DNA of 64,000 bases from Trueperaceae bacterium (GCA_965215565.1 CBDCDZ010000004.1:992001-1056000), one strand, 5' to 3'. Shown: positions 39,091-49,411, counted from the first letter of the stretch. Numbers and translations are program-made. Notes: generated by a model from the sequence alone, not told the origin.

Positions 39091-42000
39091 GTGACTGGCT
39101 ATACTGCACAAGTGACACTCCTTTTCGGCTTACTCATCGGCTTAGGCTTAGGGTATATAGGAACGCGGCTGAGCCGCCGCCCCTTCAAAAACCGGCGGAG
39201 TAAAAACTCAGCGCTCTCACGCTTACGGCAGATACTCAAGCGGAGCGAAAGGCGCTATTTGGACCTGGAGACCGCCGCGCAGCAGCAGCGGGCGCAGTGG
39301 GCGCTTTTAGAGCAGGTGCGCGGGACGTTGGCGCAGGAACAGGGCGCGAGCGCCATCTTGAAAAGCGCGGCTGAAATCATCGCCGACAAGACCCCTTACC
39401 GGGGCGTGAGCATCTCTTTAGTCGAAGGTAACGTCCTTACGGCGCGCTATAACGCGGGGAATATAGAGAGCGAAAGCGTCGTCTTTCAACCCCTTCTGTT
39501 CGACGCCTATCTCCAACCGAGCGGGGACGCCGCTAAGCCTGTAGCCATCACGACAACGCTCAGGGCAACTCGAACGACCATTACCGAACTCACCGTGCCG
39601 CTCTTCGACGGGCTGCGTATGACGGGGACGCTCAGCGTTCAGGGGCACACGCTCACGCAGAGCGACCGTGACCTCCTAAACGTGCTCAGCAAAGAGGTGA
39701 GCGCAGCGCTAGAGCGCTCGAGGCTCCTCAGTGACGTGCGCCAGAGCGAAGCGAATTTGCAAGACTTTTTGGACAACGCTAGCGATCTCATCCAGAGCGT
39801 TTCACCGGACGGCCACTTCTTCTACGTCAACCAAACTTGGAAGAACACGCTCGGCTATGACGACACGGACCTAGCCCAACTCACCCTCTTCGAACTGATC
39901 CATCCCGAGAGCAAGGCGCACTGCGCCGCGACGTTTGAGCGCGTTTTGAGAGGCGAAGAGGTAGGCAGCGTCGAAGCGGTTTTTTTAGCGAAGGATGGGC
40001 GGCGCGTGCGCGTGCGCGGCAACGTGAACTGCCGCTTCGAAGGAGGCGAGCCCGTCGCGACGCGCAGCATCTTTAGAGACGTGACCGAAGCGGCGGAGGC
40101 GGAGGCGTCGCTGCGGCACTATCAGCGGCAGTTAGAGGAGAAGAACAGCCGCCTGGAGCGGCAGGGGCGCGACTTAGTGCAGTTGGCGGAGTTTCGCCGA
40201 GTCCTAGTAGCGTTCGTCAACGACACGCTGCGCGGGGGGGCGCTCGGCGAGACGTTCTATCAGCAGCTTTTGGAGTGCGCGGTGCGGGCGATTCCGGGGG
40301 CGCAAGCAGGCAGCTTGCTGCTGCGACACGAAGAGACGGGCGACTACACATTCGTTGCGGCGGTCAACTTCGACTTAGCCAAGCTCAGAAAGATCAGGTT
40401 TAGCGCAGACGAACTCTCCTTTCGGAAGGGCGAAGGAGACAGCGTCCCGCGACTCGTCAAAGATTACGGCTTTAGCGCAAAGTTTGGGGAGACGCGCCAG
40501 AGCCTCTTGGCGGAGGCGGGGCGCGTCGGTGAGATTGCGGTGTCGCTGAGCGTGCCTGTACTGGTAAGCGGCGGCGCGGCGGCGTTTTTGAACCTCGACA
40601 ACTTCGGGGACGCCGAGGCGTTCGGCGAGGAAGCCGTCGCACTGACCGAGGCGTTCGCGTCACAGGTCGGCGTGCTGATGACGCGGCTCAATCTGGAGGC
40701 TGAACTTCAGGCTAGGGGGCGCGACATCGAACATGCGAACGTCGAGTTGGCGCGGGCGAACCGCCTAAAGAGCGAGTTTCTAGCGAACATGTCCCACGAA
40801 CTTCGCACGCCCCTAACCGCCATTATCGGCTTCTCCGAACTCTTGAAAGAGGAGCTGTTCGGTCCCCTCAACGAGAAGCAGACGGACTACGTGAGAGACA
40901 TTTTGGAGGCGGGTCATCACCTCTTGGCGCTCATCAACGACATTTTAGACCTCTCCAAAATCGAAGCCGGGCAGATGGAGCTTGCGCCCGCCGAAGTAGA
41001 CGTCGCGGAACTCTTAGAGGGCGTCTTGAGCGTGATCCGCGAGCGGGCGCAGCGCGCCGAACTGACGCTGCACGCGGCGCTGCCCCCCGAGTTGCCGCTC
41101 AGCGCTGACCCCCGCAAGCTCAAGCAGGTGCTCTACAATCTGCTCTCCAACGCGGTGAAGTTCACGCCGCTAGGGGGCGAGGTGCACCTCTTAGTGGAAG
41201 AACGCCCCGACGCCGTGCACTTCTTCGTCACTGACACGGGCATCGGCATCGGCGAGGCGGACATGGGCGGGCTCTTCCAGGAGTTCTCGCAGGTGGACAG
41301 CTCGCTGTCGCGGCGGCACGACGGCACAGGCTTGGGACTCGCCCTCTCGAAGCGTCTGGTCGAGCTTCATGGCGGCGCGATTTGGGTGGAGAGCGAGGTG
41401 GGTAAGGGGAGCACGTTCGGATTCTCCATCCCCAAGGCGCAGGTCCCAGCAGCTTTGCCGAAGAGAACAGAGCGTTCGGAGCAGACCGGACGCCGCGCCC
41501 TCGTCATCGAAGACGACGAGCGCACCGCGAACTTGCTCTGCGCCTACTTGGAGACGGGCGGCTTCGAAGTTTTACGGGCGGCAAACGGCTTGGAAGGGAT
41601 AAAACTCGTTAGAGAGCACCGCCCCGACGTGGTGACCTTAGACATCATGATGCCCGTGATGAGCGGTTGGAGCTTTTTGGAGGCGCTTGGGAGCGAGCCA
41701 GACCTCGCCACGACACCTGTCGTCGTCGTATCGGTAGTCAATCCTGCGCTAGAAGAGGCGCTGCCAAACGCGGCGGCGCAGCTCAAGAAGCCCGTCGAGC
41801 GCGAGACGTTTCTAAGCATGTTAAATGACGTGCTAGCGAGAGACGCTTCACCTCTGGCGTTGTCGCGGGCGGACGTGCGAGCAGACGTGCACGCGCAGAG
41901 GGGCGGTGCTCAAGGCGAGGAAGAGAGCCGACAGTCTCACCAGCAGGCGGAAGCTTCAGATGAATGTTCGCCCAATCAGAATGCGCGGGAGGTCTTAGAG

Positions 42001-42174
42001 CACCTCGCCGCCACCCACCCTGACCTCACGGTGCGCGACCTCGAGCTGCCCGATACGCTCAGCAAAATTCGCACGAGCGACAGTTTGTCCATCATGGTCT
42101 TGTCACGACAAGCTGAGCCAGAGCGCACCCAGCAGAGCGCGAAAGTGGCGTCACAAGGGGTTCACGTTGAGTAG
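39091..42174 (+). CDS. Hybrid sensor histidine kinase (GAF-PAS-GAF-HisKA-HATPase-REC)
   Basis: MSHELRTPL, NLLSNAVKFT, DTGIG, GTGLGL, LDIMMP. Confidence 0.93.
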   Translation: MTGYTAQVTLLFGLLIGLGLGYIGTRLSRRPFKNRRSKNSALSRLRQILKRSERRYLDLETAAQQQRAQWALLEQVRGTLAQEQGASAILKSAAEIIADKTPYRGVSISLVEGNVLTARYNAGNIESESVVFQPLLFDAYLQPSGDAAKPVAITTTLRATRTTITELTVPLFDGLRMTGTLSVQGHTLTQSDRDLLNVLSKEVSAALERSRLLSDVRQSEANLQDFLDNASDLIQSVSPDGHFFYVNQTWKNTLGYDDTDLAQLTLFELIHPESKAHCAATFERVLRGEEVGSVEAVFLAKDGRRVRVRGNVNCRFEGGEPVATRSIFRDVTEAAEAEASLRHYQRQLEEKNSRLERQGRDLVQLAEFRRVLVAFVNDTLRGGALGETFYQQLLECAVRAIPGAQAGSLLLRHEETGDYTFVAAVNFDLAKLRKIRFSADELSFRKGEGDSVPRLVKDYGFSAKFGETRQSLLAEAGRVGEIAVSLSVPVLVSGGAAAFLNLDNFGDAEAFGEEAVALTEAFASQVGVLMTRLNLEAELQARGRDIEHANVELARANRLKSEFLANMSHELRTPLTAIIGFSELLKEELFGPLNEKQTDYVRDILEAGHHLLALINDILDLSKIEAGQMELAPAEVDVAELLEGVLSVIRERAQRAELTLHAALPPELPLSADPRKLKQVLYNLLSNAVKFTPLGGEVHLLVEERPDAVHFFVTDTGIGIGEADMGGLFQEFSQVDSSLSRRHDGTGLGLALSKRLVELHGGAIWVESEVGKGSTFGFSIPKAQVPAALPKRTERSEQTGRRALVIEDDERTANLLCAYLETGGFEVLRAANGLEGIKLVREHRPDVVTLDIMMPVMSGWSFLEALGSEPDLATTPVVVVSVVNPALEEALPNAAAQLKKPVERETFLSMLNDVLARDASPLALSRADVRADVHAQRGGAQGEEESRQSHQQAEASDECSPNQNAREVLEHLAATHPDLTVRDLELPDTLSKIRTSDSLSIMVLSRQAEPERTQQSAKVASQGVHVE

Positions 42175-42544
42175 CGACGCCACTACCCTTCTCGTCGTGG
42201 ACGACAACGAGCTTAACCTGAGGCTGCTCAACGACGTGCTCCTCATGAGAGGTTACAGCGTCACCTTAGCGAGGAGCGGCGAGGAAGCCCTCCAAGAGGC
42301 GCGCCGCACCCCTTTCAACCTCATCTTGATGGACGTGCAGATGCCGGGCATGAGCGGCACGGAAGCGATGCAAACCTTAAAGCGCGACGCGAACTGGCAG
42401 AGCGCACCGATTTTGGCGGTCACTGCGCTCGCCATGCAAGGTGATGAGGTGCAGCTTTTGGAAGCGGGCTTTGACGGGTATATCAGCAAGCCCATCGCCT
42501 ATAAGACGATGCTTCACACGGTAGCGTCGTATTTGCAGACTTGA
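42167..42544 (+). CDS. Single-domain response regulator (DivK-like)
   Basis: VVDDN, LMDVQMP, VTA, SKP. Confidence 0.92.
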   Translation: MSSDATTLLVVDDNELNLRLLNDVLLMRGYSVTLARSGEEALQEARRTPFNLILMDVQMPGMSGTEAMQTLKRDANWQSAPILAVTALAMQGDEVQLLEAGFDGYISKPIAYKTMLHTVASYLQT

Positions 42545-42550
42545 ATCTTT

Positions 42551-42648
42551 TAGCAGTTCCACAACATATTGAGACAGTTGAGCGCAGATATACCCGCTAA
42601 AGCAGGGCACAGGTCATCCCTTGAAGTGCGTGCTAGTTAGGCACTTTT
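42551..42648 (-). repeat. TAGCAG element, copy F (3' part only)
   Basis: Reverse complement matches the 3' half of copy H (CTAGCACGCACTTCAAGGGATGA...ATCTGCGCTCAACTGTCTCAATATGTTGTGGAACTGCTA). Confidence 0.9.
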
Positions 42649-42661
42649 GCTCGCTCGAGCC

Positions 42662-43471
42662 TCAAAACTCCGACTCAGGTAAATCCAAATAGCTCAAAAG
42701 CTGCGCCGCTACCCCTATCGCAATCGCCTGTGGGCTCTTGCCGGGCACCTCTGGTAAACCAATCGGCGTAGTGACGCGCTCTAAGTCGGTTTTAGATAGC
42801 CCATGCGCGAGCAGTTCCCTTCTAAAATGCTGCCACTTCACGCTGCTACCGATGAGACCGATAAAGCCAAAGTCACGCTCCTTGTCTTGCCGAAGCGCCG
42901 TCTCGATAATGGCTAAGTCTTCGGCGTGGTCGTGCGTGAGGATGAGGAGGTGTGAGCCGCGAGGAAGACCTTCCAAAGCCGTTTCAGGCACATCGGCGTG
43001 CTCGAGATGAACCGTTGCGTTAAGTGACGACGGAAGCTCTACGCTGAGCTGAGAGGGTCTCGAGTCCACCACACGAAGCTCAATCGGCAGCGTTCCGAGA
43101 ACTTGCACCAGCGCCCAGCCCACATGACCCGCGCCGAAGATCGCCACCGTTGGACGCGCTGGGTGGACGGGTTCCAAGAGAAGCGTCACCTCGCCGCCAC
43201 AGCACTGCACACCGTATTCGCCTCCTTTCGGGTTGAGCGTGACAGAAAGCATCTCGGGCGTCGTTCGTTTTTCAGAGAGGTACGTTCTTGACTTTTCAAT
43301 CGCCGTTTGTTCCAAGTTACCGCCGCCGACGCTGCCATAAACCTCGTTTTGAGTGACAATCATCTTGCTGCCCGCACCTCTTGGCGCATGACCGCGCACG
43401 GTTGTAATAGTTACGATGACAAGAGGTTCACCTTCTTCGTGAAGTTGGGTAAGAGGTTGAAGCCAGGTCAT
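42662..43471 (-). CDS. xdhC: Xanthine dehydrogenase accessory protein
   Basis: GSVGGGNLE, QCCGG, FGAGHVG, THDH, IGLIGS. Confidence 0.93.
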   Translation of the reverse strand: MTWLQPLTQLHEEGEPLVIVTITTVRGHAPRGAGSKMIVTQNEVYGSVGGGNLEQTAIEKSRTYLSEKRTTPEMLSVTLNPKGGEYGVQCCGGEVTLLLEPVHPARPTVAIFGAGHVGWALVQVLGTLPIELRVVDSRPSQLSVELPSSLNATVHLEHADVPETALEGLPRGSHLLILTHDHAEDLAIIETALRQDKERDFGFIGLIGSSVKWQHFRRELLAHGLSKTDLERVTTPIGLPEVPGKSPQAIAIGVAAQLLSYLDLPESEF

Positions 43472-43680
43472 TCAGCCCATTCACTGCTACCTAAGAGAGG
43501 TTCTGGAAGTTCAGCAAGCGCGTCTCGAGGGGCTTCGACGTCAAACATATTCACGCAGCACCCACAGCCCAAATTTTCTGAGAGGTAGTCTAAACGCGCT
43601 TCCCATCTGCCGAGCCAAGCGTCAACCGCGTCAACCTCTTCAGGGAAATCAACTTGAGCGATAATCGTCGCTTTAGGCAC
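43468..43680 (-). CDS. Hypothetical 70-aa acidic protein with GCGCC motif
   Basis: Fills the gap between the DinB gene and xdhC; ATGA overlap with xdhC. Confidence 0.65.
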   Translation of the reverse strand: MPKATIIAQVDFPEEVDAVDAWLGRWEARLDYLSENLGCGCCVNMFDVEAPRDALAELPEPLLGSSEWAE

Positions 43681-43681
43681 G

Positions 43682-44203
43682 TCAACCTCTCTTTAGCTGC
43701 TTTTTGATGATACGAATTTGCCCCCGGTGGTTGACCTCATCTTCTAGAACGTGAAACCACTTCCAGTGGTTGTTGACCCAGCCGATATCCCAAGTGGTGC
43801 CCTCTTCTAACCACGTGTCGTCTCTTTTTGCCAGAGCCTCGAGCGTCTTAGCGCGGGTCTCAGCCAAATGGTCCAAATAATAAGACAAATCGTGACCACG
43901 AACCTCTCGCCGTCCGCGCTCACCGAGCCCGCCGCCAAGCTTCCACCGCGCTTTCTGTTCTTCAGAGAGAGTGACTTCGGGGAGCGTGTCGTTTTGATAG
44001 TACATCTCTACAGCCGCCATGTGCTCGAGCAACATCCCAACCGAATTCCCCTCTTCGAAGAGGTGCGCGTCGAGGTCCGCTTGACTGAGCCCGTTCACCG
44101 CCTGCAGCGTCGTCAGCCGCGCGTAGTTCATCATGTAGACCAAGCGGCTGATGTGAGGGGTGAACCCGTCTAAATTGGTAAAGGCGTGAGGGTTATCAAT
44201 CAT
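43682..44203 (-). CDS. DinB/DUF664 family protein
   Basis: NSVGMLLEHMAAVE and FHVLEDEVNHRGQI metal-binding His pattern. Confidence 0.85.
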   Translation of the reverse strand: MIDNPHAFTNLDGFTPHISRLVYMMNYARLTTLQAVNGLSQADLDAHLFEEGNSVGMLLEHMAAVEMYYQNDTLPEVTLSEEQKARWKLGGGLGERGRREVRGHDLSYYLDHLAETRAKTLEALAKRDDTWLEEGTTWDIGWVNNHWKWFHVLEDEVNHRGQIRIIKKQLKRG

Positions 44204-46551
44204 TAATCACCGGGGACGAGGGTTTTGTCTTGGGCTCGAGACCGCACTCGTTCAACTGCCTCCAAAACCGCCTCGGGCGTCGCAGGCGAGGCGAGCGCCA
44301 CCTCTCTCCCATCCCCAAACGCCGCCACCGCCGCCTTGAGCGCCTCCCGCACCGAGAGCGCCAGCATGAAGGGCGGCTCGCCCACCGCTTTCGAGCCGTA
44401 AATCGTTCCGTCCTGCGCGGCGCGTTCTAAGAGGTGAACATTGAACGCTTCGGGCACTTCGCTGATGGTTGGAATCTTGTATGTGCTCGGCGCACTCGTT
44501 AAGAAACGCCCTTCGTCATCCCAGACGAGTTCTTCGGTGGTGAGCCAGCCTAAGCCCTGAACGAAGCCGCCCTCAATCTGTCCCCTGTCCACGAGCGGGT
44601 TTAAGGACGCACCCACGTCGTGGACGATGTCCACCTGTCTGAGCTTGTACTGACCCGTGAAGCCGTCCACCTCGACCTCACTCACGGCAGCGCCGTAAGC
44701 GTAGTAGGCGAAGGGGCGGCCTCTCCCCTTTTCGGCGTCGTAGTGGAGGTTTGGCGTGCGGTAGTAACCAGCGGCGAAGAGGGGGACTTGCTCCAAATAG
44801 GCTCGCTGCACCGCTTCGCTAAACGACACGCGCTCGCTCGGCGCACCCGGATTGTAGATGAAGTCGTCCCCGAAGACCAAATCTTCGGGCGCGTTGAGCC
44901 CCAACATCTTCGCCGCCACCTCCGCCAAACGAGACCGCAACGTCTCACACGCCTCCCTGACCGCCTGCCCGTTGAGGTCACTGCCGCTGCTCGCCGCTGT
45001 CGGCGAGGTGTTGGGAATCTTATCCGTGGCGGTGGGCATCTGCCGAAAGCGCGAGGTAGAGACGCCCAGGGTCCGCGCTGCCACCTGGAGCATCTTCGTG
45101 TGGAGCCCTTGCCCCATCTCCGTGCCGCCGTGGTTGAGTTGAACGCTCCCGTCCAGGTAGATGAGGACGAGCGCACCGGCTTGGTTCATCGGCGTGTTGG
45201 TAAAGGAGATACCAAACTTGACGGGCAGGGCGGCTAAGCCGCGTTTCTTGAACGGATGTGCGAGGTTGAAGCTCGAGACCTCTCCCCTACGCTGCTCGAA
45301 GTCCGCTACGCCTCTCACTTCAGCCCACACGCGCTGGATGCGGTTGTCTATGACCTCTTGAGCGTAATGCGTCGTATTCGCCTCACGCTCCGCCTCGACG
45401 AGCCTGTCGCCCTCCCTATAAAAGTTGCGCTCCCTCACCTCTTCGGGGGGGAGGTTCAAACTCCGCGCCACGCGGTCCATGACCTCTTCCATGACGAGCA
45501 TCCCTTGAGGTCCGCCGAAGCCGCGAAACGCCGTCTGCGAGGTTTTATTCGTCTTGGCGACGCGCCCCGTGACCTCTAAGTGCGGCACGAAGTAGCAGTT
45601 GTCGATATGAAACATCGCCCGTCCCATCACGGGCACGGAGAGGTCCGTGCACCAGCCGCCGTCGCTGGTGAGGTTCACGCTCAACGCGGTGAGCCTACCC
45701 TCGTCCGTGAAGCCTACCTCGAAGCGCCCTAAAAAGGGATGGCGCTTGCCCGTCATGACCATGTCCTGCTCGCGGGTGAGGCGCACGCGCACGCTCTTGC
45801 CCGTCTTCTGCGCAGCTAGCGCTGCAATCGCCGCATAGGGGTTCGCCTGCGACTCCTTGCCGCCGAAGCCGCCGCCCATGCGCAAGCAAGTCACGACGAC
45901 GTGGTTGCGCGGCGCGCCTAAGACTTTCGCGACGACGCTCTGCGTTTCCGTGGGATGCTGCGTCGAGGAGACGACGTAAGTGTAACCTTCGGCGTCGCGT
46001 GACGCCCAACTGGTCTGGGTTTCCAAGTAAAAATGGTCTTGCCCGCCGATGAAGATTTCGCCCTTCAAGGTTCGCGCCGACCTCTCGAGCGCCGCTCGCG
46101 GCTCACCGCGCCGAATCACTTGAGGTGAAGCGTGAAAGGCGTCCGCGGCGATGGCGTCCTCTATGGTGAGAAGAGGTTTCAACGGTTCGTATTCAATAGC
46201 TACCTCTTGCGCCCCGCGCCGCGCCGCTTCGTCGTCCTCGGCGATAATCCAGACGACGGGCTGACCCCAATAGAAAACCTCACCCTCGGGCAATAAGACC
46301 TCATCGTGATTGTGGCCGCTCGAGTCGTTTTCCCCCGTCACGTCTTCGTGCGTGAGGATGGTGACGACACCGGGGACCTCGTACGCCTTTGATACATCGA
46401 GACCGACGATCCGCGCCCTTGCGTGAGGTGAGAGAACGGGATACGCCGTGAGCATCCCGCTCACTCTGGGCTGGTCATCCGTATAGACCGCCCGCCCGCT
46501 CACGTGATGGTGGGCGCTCTCGTGGCGCTTTTCTTTACCTCGCTTGCTCAC
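44203..46551 (-). CDS. xdhB: Xanthine dehydrogenase molybdopterin-binding subunit
   Basis: HESA..HV.G.A.YTDD, MGGGFGGKE, AFRGFGGPQG, GQIEGGF, SKAVGEPP; GTG overlaps the xdhA stop. Confidence 0.95.
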   Translation of the reverse strand: MSKRGKEKRHESAHHHVSGRAVYTDDQPRVSGMLTAYPVLSPHARARIVGLDVSKAYEVPGVVTILTHEDVTGENDSSGHNHDEVLLPEGEVFYWGQPVVWIIAEDDEAARRGAQEVAIEYEPLKPLLTIEDAIAADAFHASPQVIRRGEPRAALERSARTLKGEIFIGGQDHFYLETQTSWASRDAEGYTYVVSSTQHPTETQSVVAKVLGAPRNHVVVTCLRMGGGFGGKESQANPYAAIAALAAQKTGKSVRVRLTREQDMVMTGKRHPFLGRFEVGFTDEGRLTALSVNLTSDGGWCTDLSVPVMGRAMFHIDNCYFVPHLEVTGRVAKTNKTSQTAFRGFGGPQGMLVMEEVMDRVARSLNLPPEEVRERNFYREGDRLVEAEREANTTHYAQEVIDNRIQRVWAEVRGVADFEQRRGEVSSFNLAHPFKKRGLAALPVKFGISFTNTPMNQAGALVLIYLDGSVQLNHGGTEMGQGLHTKMLQVAARTLGVSTSRFRQMPTATDKIPNTSPTAASSGSDLNGQAVREACETLRSRLAEVAAKMLGLNAPEDLVFGDDFIYNPGAPSERVSFSEAVQRAYLEQVPLFAAGYYRTPNLHYDAEKGRGRPFAYYAYGAAVSEVEVDGFTGQYKLRQVDIVHDVGASLNPLVDRGQIEGGFVQGLGWLTTEELVWDDEGRFLTSAPSTYKIPTISEVPEAFNVHLLERAAQDGTIYGSKAVGEPPFMLALSVREALKAAVAAFGDGREVALASPATPEAVLEAVERVRSRAQDKTLVPGD

Positions 46552-48020
46552 GCGGCGACCTCTTCTCCTAGAGAGGCGCTGAACTCGTGGAAAAACTTTT
46601 CGAAGAGGTTCTGGATGAGCCGCGTTCGGTACGCCGCACTGCCGCGCAAATCGTCGATCGGCACGAAAGTCTCGCCTAGCACCGCTTTGACCTCTTTCAC
46701 CGTTTGAACGTTCCAAGGTTGACCCATGAGCACCTCTTCAGCCGCAACCGCGCGCACGGGCGTCGCCGCGACGCCGCCGTACGCGAGCCTCGCATGGACG
46801 ACGCGCCCCGCTTCGGCTACATCCACCGTGAACGCCGCCGCCACGATGCTGATGTCGTCCGCGCCGCGCTTGCCCACCTTGTACGCTTGGCTGAAACGCT
46901 TTTTTGCGCCCCTCGAGTCCTCTTGAGGAATCCGCACCGAGATGATGACCTCACCCGGACCCAAACTCGTCTGGCGGTAGCCCTTGAAAAACTCGGCGAT
47001 GGGGACGGTGCGCTCACCTTTTGCGCTCGCGAGTCTAAGCTCCGCGTCCAGCGCGAGCAAGACAGGCGGCAAGTCCCCAATCGGCGACGCCGTGCCGAGG
47101 TTGCCCCCCAGCGTCGCCCGGTTGCGAATCTGCCGCGCCGCAAACCAGCGGAGCATCTCGTCTAGGGCGGGAAACATACCTCTGCATTCTTTTTCGGTGC
47201 GGGTGAGGGGGACGGCTGCGCCTAGCTCGAGATAACTAGAGGTGCTAGAGGTAGCATCTGTAGAAGAGCTAGAGGTAGCATCTGTAGAAGAGCTAGAGGT
47301 AGTATCTGTAGAAGAGCTAGAGGTAGCTATAGTTTTAAGCTCTACAACCTCTTCCAAGGAGATGAGCACGGGGAATTCCCTGTGGAACTTGTTGATTTCC
47401 ACGCCCAAGTCCGTGCCACCTGCGATGAGCTTGGCGTCCGGCTGCTCTGCCATGAGCGTGAAAACCTCTTGCAGGCTCGAGGGGCGAAAGAAGCGTTTCT
47501 CGCCGCACCGATAAGAGGTTGAGGCTCGAGCGCTAGAGGCTGACACGGGATGAATGTCCGAGGTTGACTCTGAGCTTTCCAAACGCTCCATCGCCCGGCG
47601 GATTGGCAGATAGCCCGTGCAGCGGCACAAGTTTCCCTCGATCACCTCGTCATTTAGCTCACCGTTATGCTGCGCCGCGATCATGCTCATCACGAACCCC
47701 GGCGTGCAGTAGCCGCACTGCGAGCCGCCCGTCTCGATCATCGCTTTCTGTACAGGGTGCAGTTCGCCGTTGGCGACGCCCTCCACCGTCAAGAGGTCTT
47801 TGCCCATGACTGACGCCAGCGGTACTAGGCAGCTATTGACCGCTTGGACGCTCCGCCCTTCTCTGATGACCACCGTACACGCGCCGCAATCCCCTTCGGC
47901 GCAGCCCTCTTTAGTGCCGACATCGCCACGTTGCCGTAAAAAGGTGAGCAGCGGGACCGTGGGCGAAACGCCCGTCACCTTCTCCTCTTTACCGTTAATC
48001 ATTAGCGTGAACTCAGTCAT
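46548..48020 (-). CDS. xdhA: Xanthine dehydrogenase small (2Fe-2S/FAD) subunit
   Basis: GCAEGDCGACTV, QCGYCTPG, GNLCRCTGY, IAGGTD, TLGGNL. Confidence 0.95.
   Translation of the reverse strand: MTEFTLMINGKEEKVTGVSPTVPLLTFLRQRGDVGTKEGCAEGDCGACTVVIREGRSVQAVNSCLVPLASVMGKDLLTVEGVANGELHPVQKAMIETGGSQCGYCTPGFVMSMIAAQHNGELNDEVIEGNLCRCTGYLPIRRAMERLESSESTSDIHPVSASSARASTSYRCGEKRFFRPSSLQEVFTLMAEQPDAKLIAGGTDLGVEINKFHREFPVLISLEEVVELKTIATSSSSTDTTSSSSTDATSSSSTDATSSTSSYLELGAAVPLTRTEKECRGMFPALDEMLRWFAARQIRNRATLGGNLGTASPIGDLPPVLLALDAELRLASAKGERTVPIAEFFKGYRQTSLGPGEVIISVRIPQEDSRGAKKRFSQAYKVGKRGADDISIVAAAFTVDVAEAGRVVHARLAYGGVAATPVRAVAAEEVLMGQPWNVQTVKEVKAVLGETFVPIDDLRGSAAYRTRLIQNLFEKFFHEFSASLGEEVAA
47244..47327. 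repeat. 24-bp tandem repeat (about 3.5 copies) inside xdhA
   Basis: GCTAGAGGTAGYATCTGTAGAAGA units encoding (A/T)TSSSSTD. Confidence 0.95.
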
Positions 48021-48192
48021 TTAGGCTCCGGTGGTTGAAGAAGATACCAAAAGGTAGAGGGGGAAAAGGCTCGAGTTAGAAGAGCAATTTGCGGATGTTG
48101 CCCTAAAGCGCTGAGGACAATGGATAAAATTCATTTTATCAGGTTCGGCGCACTGTTTCTATGGACGAATGGAGAAGTTCACACCGCGCGAA

Positions 48193-49170
48193 TCAGTGCG
48201 CTTCGGGCACGAAACACCGCAAGAGGACGCCGTCACCGCTCAAGGTATACGCTCCCAACGACGCAGGCAACACCGCCGCCTCACCTCTGTCTAAAGCTAA
48301 CTCTTCTTCACCTGCGCGTAGCGCTACCCTGCCCTCTACAGCCGTGAGAATCTCCAAGCTCGTCTCACGCACCTCTTCCGCTTGCTCGCCCGACACCTGC
48401 CACCTTTCCGCCGCGAAGTGCTCCGCGCGCAAAAGCTGCGTTTTAGAATCCGCAAGAGGTTCGCTTTTCACCTTTGCCCGCTCGCCGGGGGTGAGGTCAA
48501 GGACGTCGAGCGCTTTGTCCACGTGCAGTTCGCGGGTATTGCCCGAAGCGTCTTTGCGCCCGTAGTCGTACAGGCGGTAGGTCAGATCGCTCGACTGCTG
48601 AATCTCGAAGAGCAGCGTGCCCGCGCCGATGGCGTGAAGCGTGCCTGCGGGGTTGTAGATGACGTCGCCCGCGCTTATCGGCACGACGTTGAGGTGAGGC
48701 TCGAGCCGCTCCTCCTCAATAGCCCGCCGCACCTCTTCTATCGTCATCTCATCGGCGAAGCCCCAGATGATCGTCGCGTCACGCTCCGCTTCTAAAATGA
48801 CCCACGCTTCAGTCTTGCCTAAATGACCGGAGCCCGCCTCGTGCTCCTTGGCGTAAGCGTCGCCCGGATGCACTTGGATGGAAAGAGGTTGGTCCGCGCC
48901 GATGAATTTGGCGAGCAGGGGGAACTGCGCGCCGTAACGCTCAGCCGAAAGCGTGCCCAAGAGGTCCGCGCCGTGCGCCTCGGCAATTTCGGCGAGCGTC
49001 TTACCCGTCAAGTCGCCGTTGATGATGCGGTTCTCGGCGTAGACGAGCCAGACCTCGCCCAAGGGCTCGTCGCCCCTATCCTCGAGCTGCAAAAAGTCGG
49101 CGAGCCCGCCCCCGCCCCAGAGTTTCTGGCTGAGCTTGGGCTCGAGTTTAAGCGGGTAGAGCTTAGCCAT
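48193..49170 (-). CDS. manA: Type I mannose-6-phosphate isomerase
   Basis: WGG, FPLLAKF, LSIQVHP, GKTEAW, EIQQSSDLTYRLYDY. Confidence 0.92.
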   Translation of the reverse strand: MAKLYPLKLEPKLSQKLWGGGGLADFLQLEDRGDEPLGEVWLVYAENRIINGDLTGKTLAEIAEAHGADLLGTLSAERYGAQFPLLAKFIGADQPLSIQVHPGDAYAKEHEAGSGHLGKTEAWVILEAERDATIIWGFADEMTIEEVRRAIEEERLEPHLNVVPISAGDVIYNPAGTLHAIGAGTLLFEIQQSSDLTYRLYDYGRKDASGNTRELHVDKALDVLDLTPGERAKVKSEPLADSKTQLLRAEHFAAERWQVSGEQAEEVRETSLEILTAVEGRVALRAGEEELALDRGEAAVLPASLGAYTLSGDGVLLRCFVPEAH

Positions 49171-49300
49171 ACGGCGCGTCCTTACGTTCAGTCGTCATAG
49201 ACATACTTTACCTCATGATAAGAGAGAGCGAATCAGTCTTTCAGCGTGTCGGCATATCAGGGCAAACCAAAAAGCGGTAGTGGCTCTATCTGGAATGACA

Positions 49301-49411
49301 TAGCAGGTATCATCTGGTCAGAGACACTCTCACTTTGTGAAACGCTGTTTAGCACGCACTTTAAGGGATGATACCTGCGTTCAACTGTCTCAGTGTGTCG
49401 TGGAACTGCTA
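49301..49411 (+). repeat. TAGCAG element, copy G (111 bp, shortest complete form)
   Basis: TAGCAGGTATCATCTGG...TAGCACGCAC...GATGATACCTGCG...GGAACTGCTA. Confidence 0.93.

Noticed and set aside
46552..46716. Extended xdhB N-terminus from the ORF track
   Set aside because: It overlaps xdhA; GTG at 46551 coupled to the xdhA stop is more plausible.
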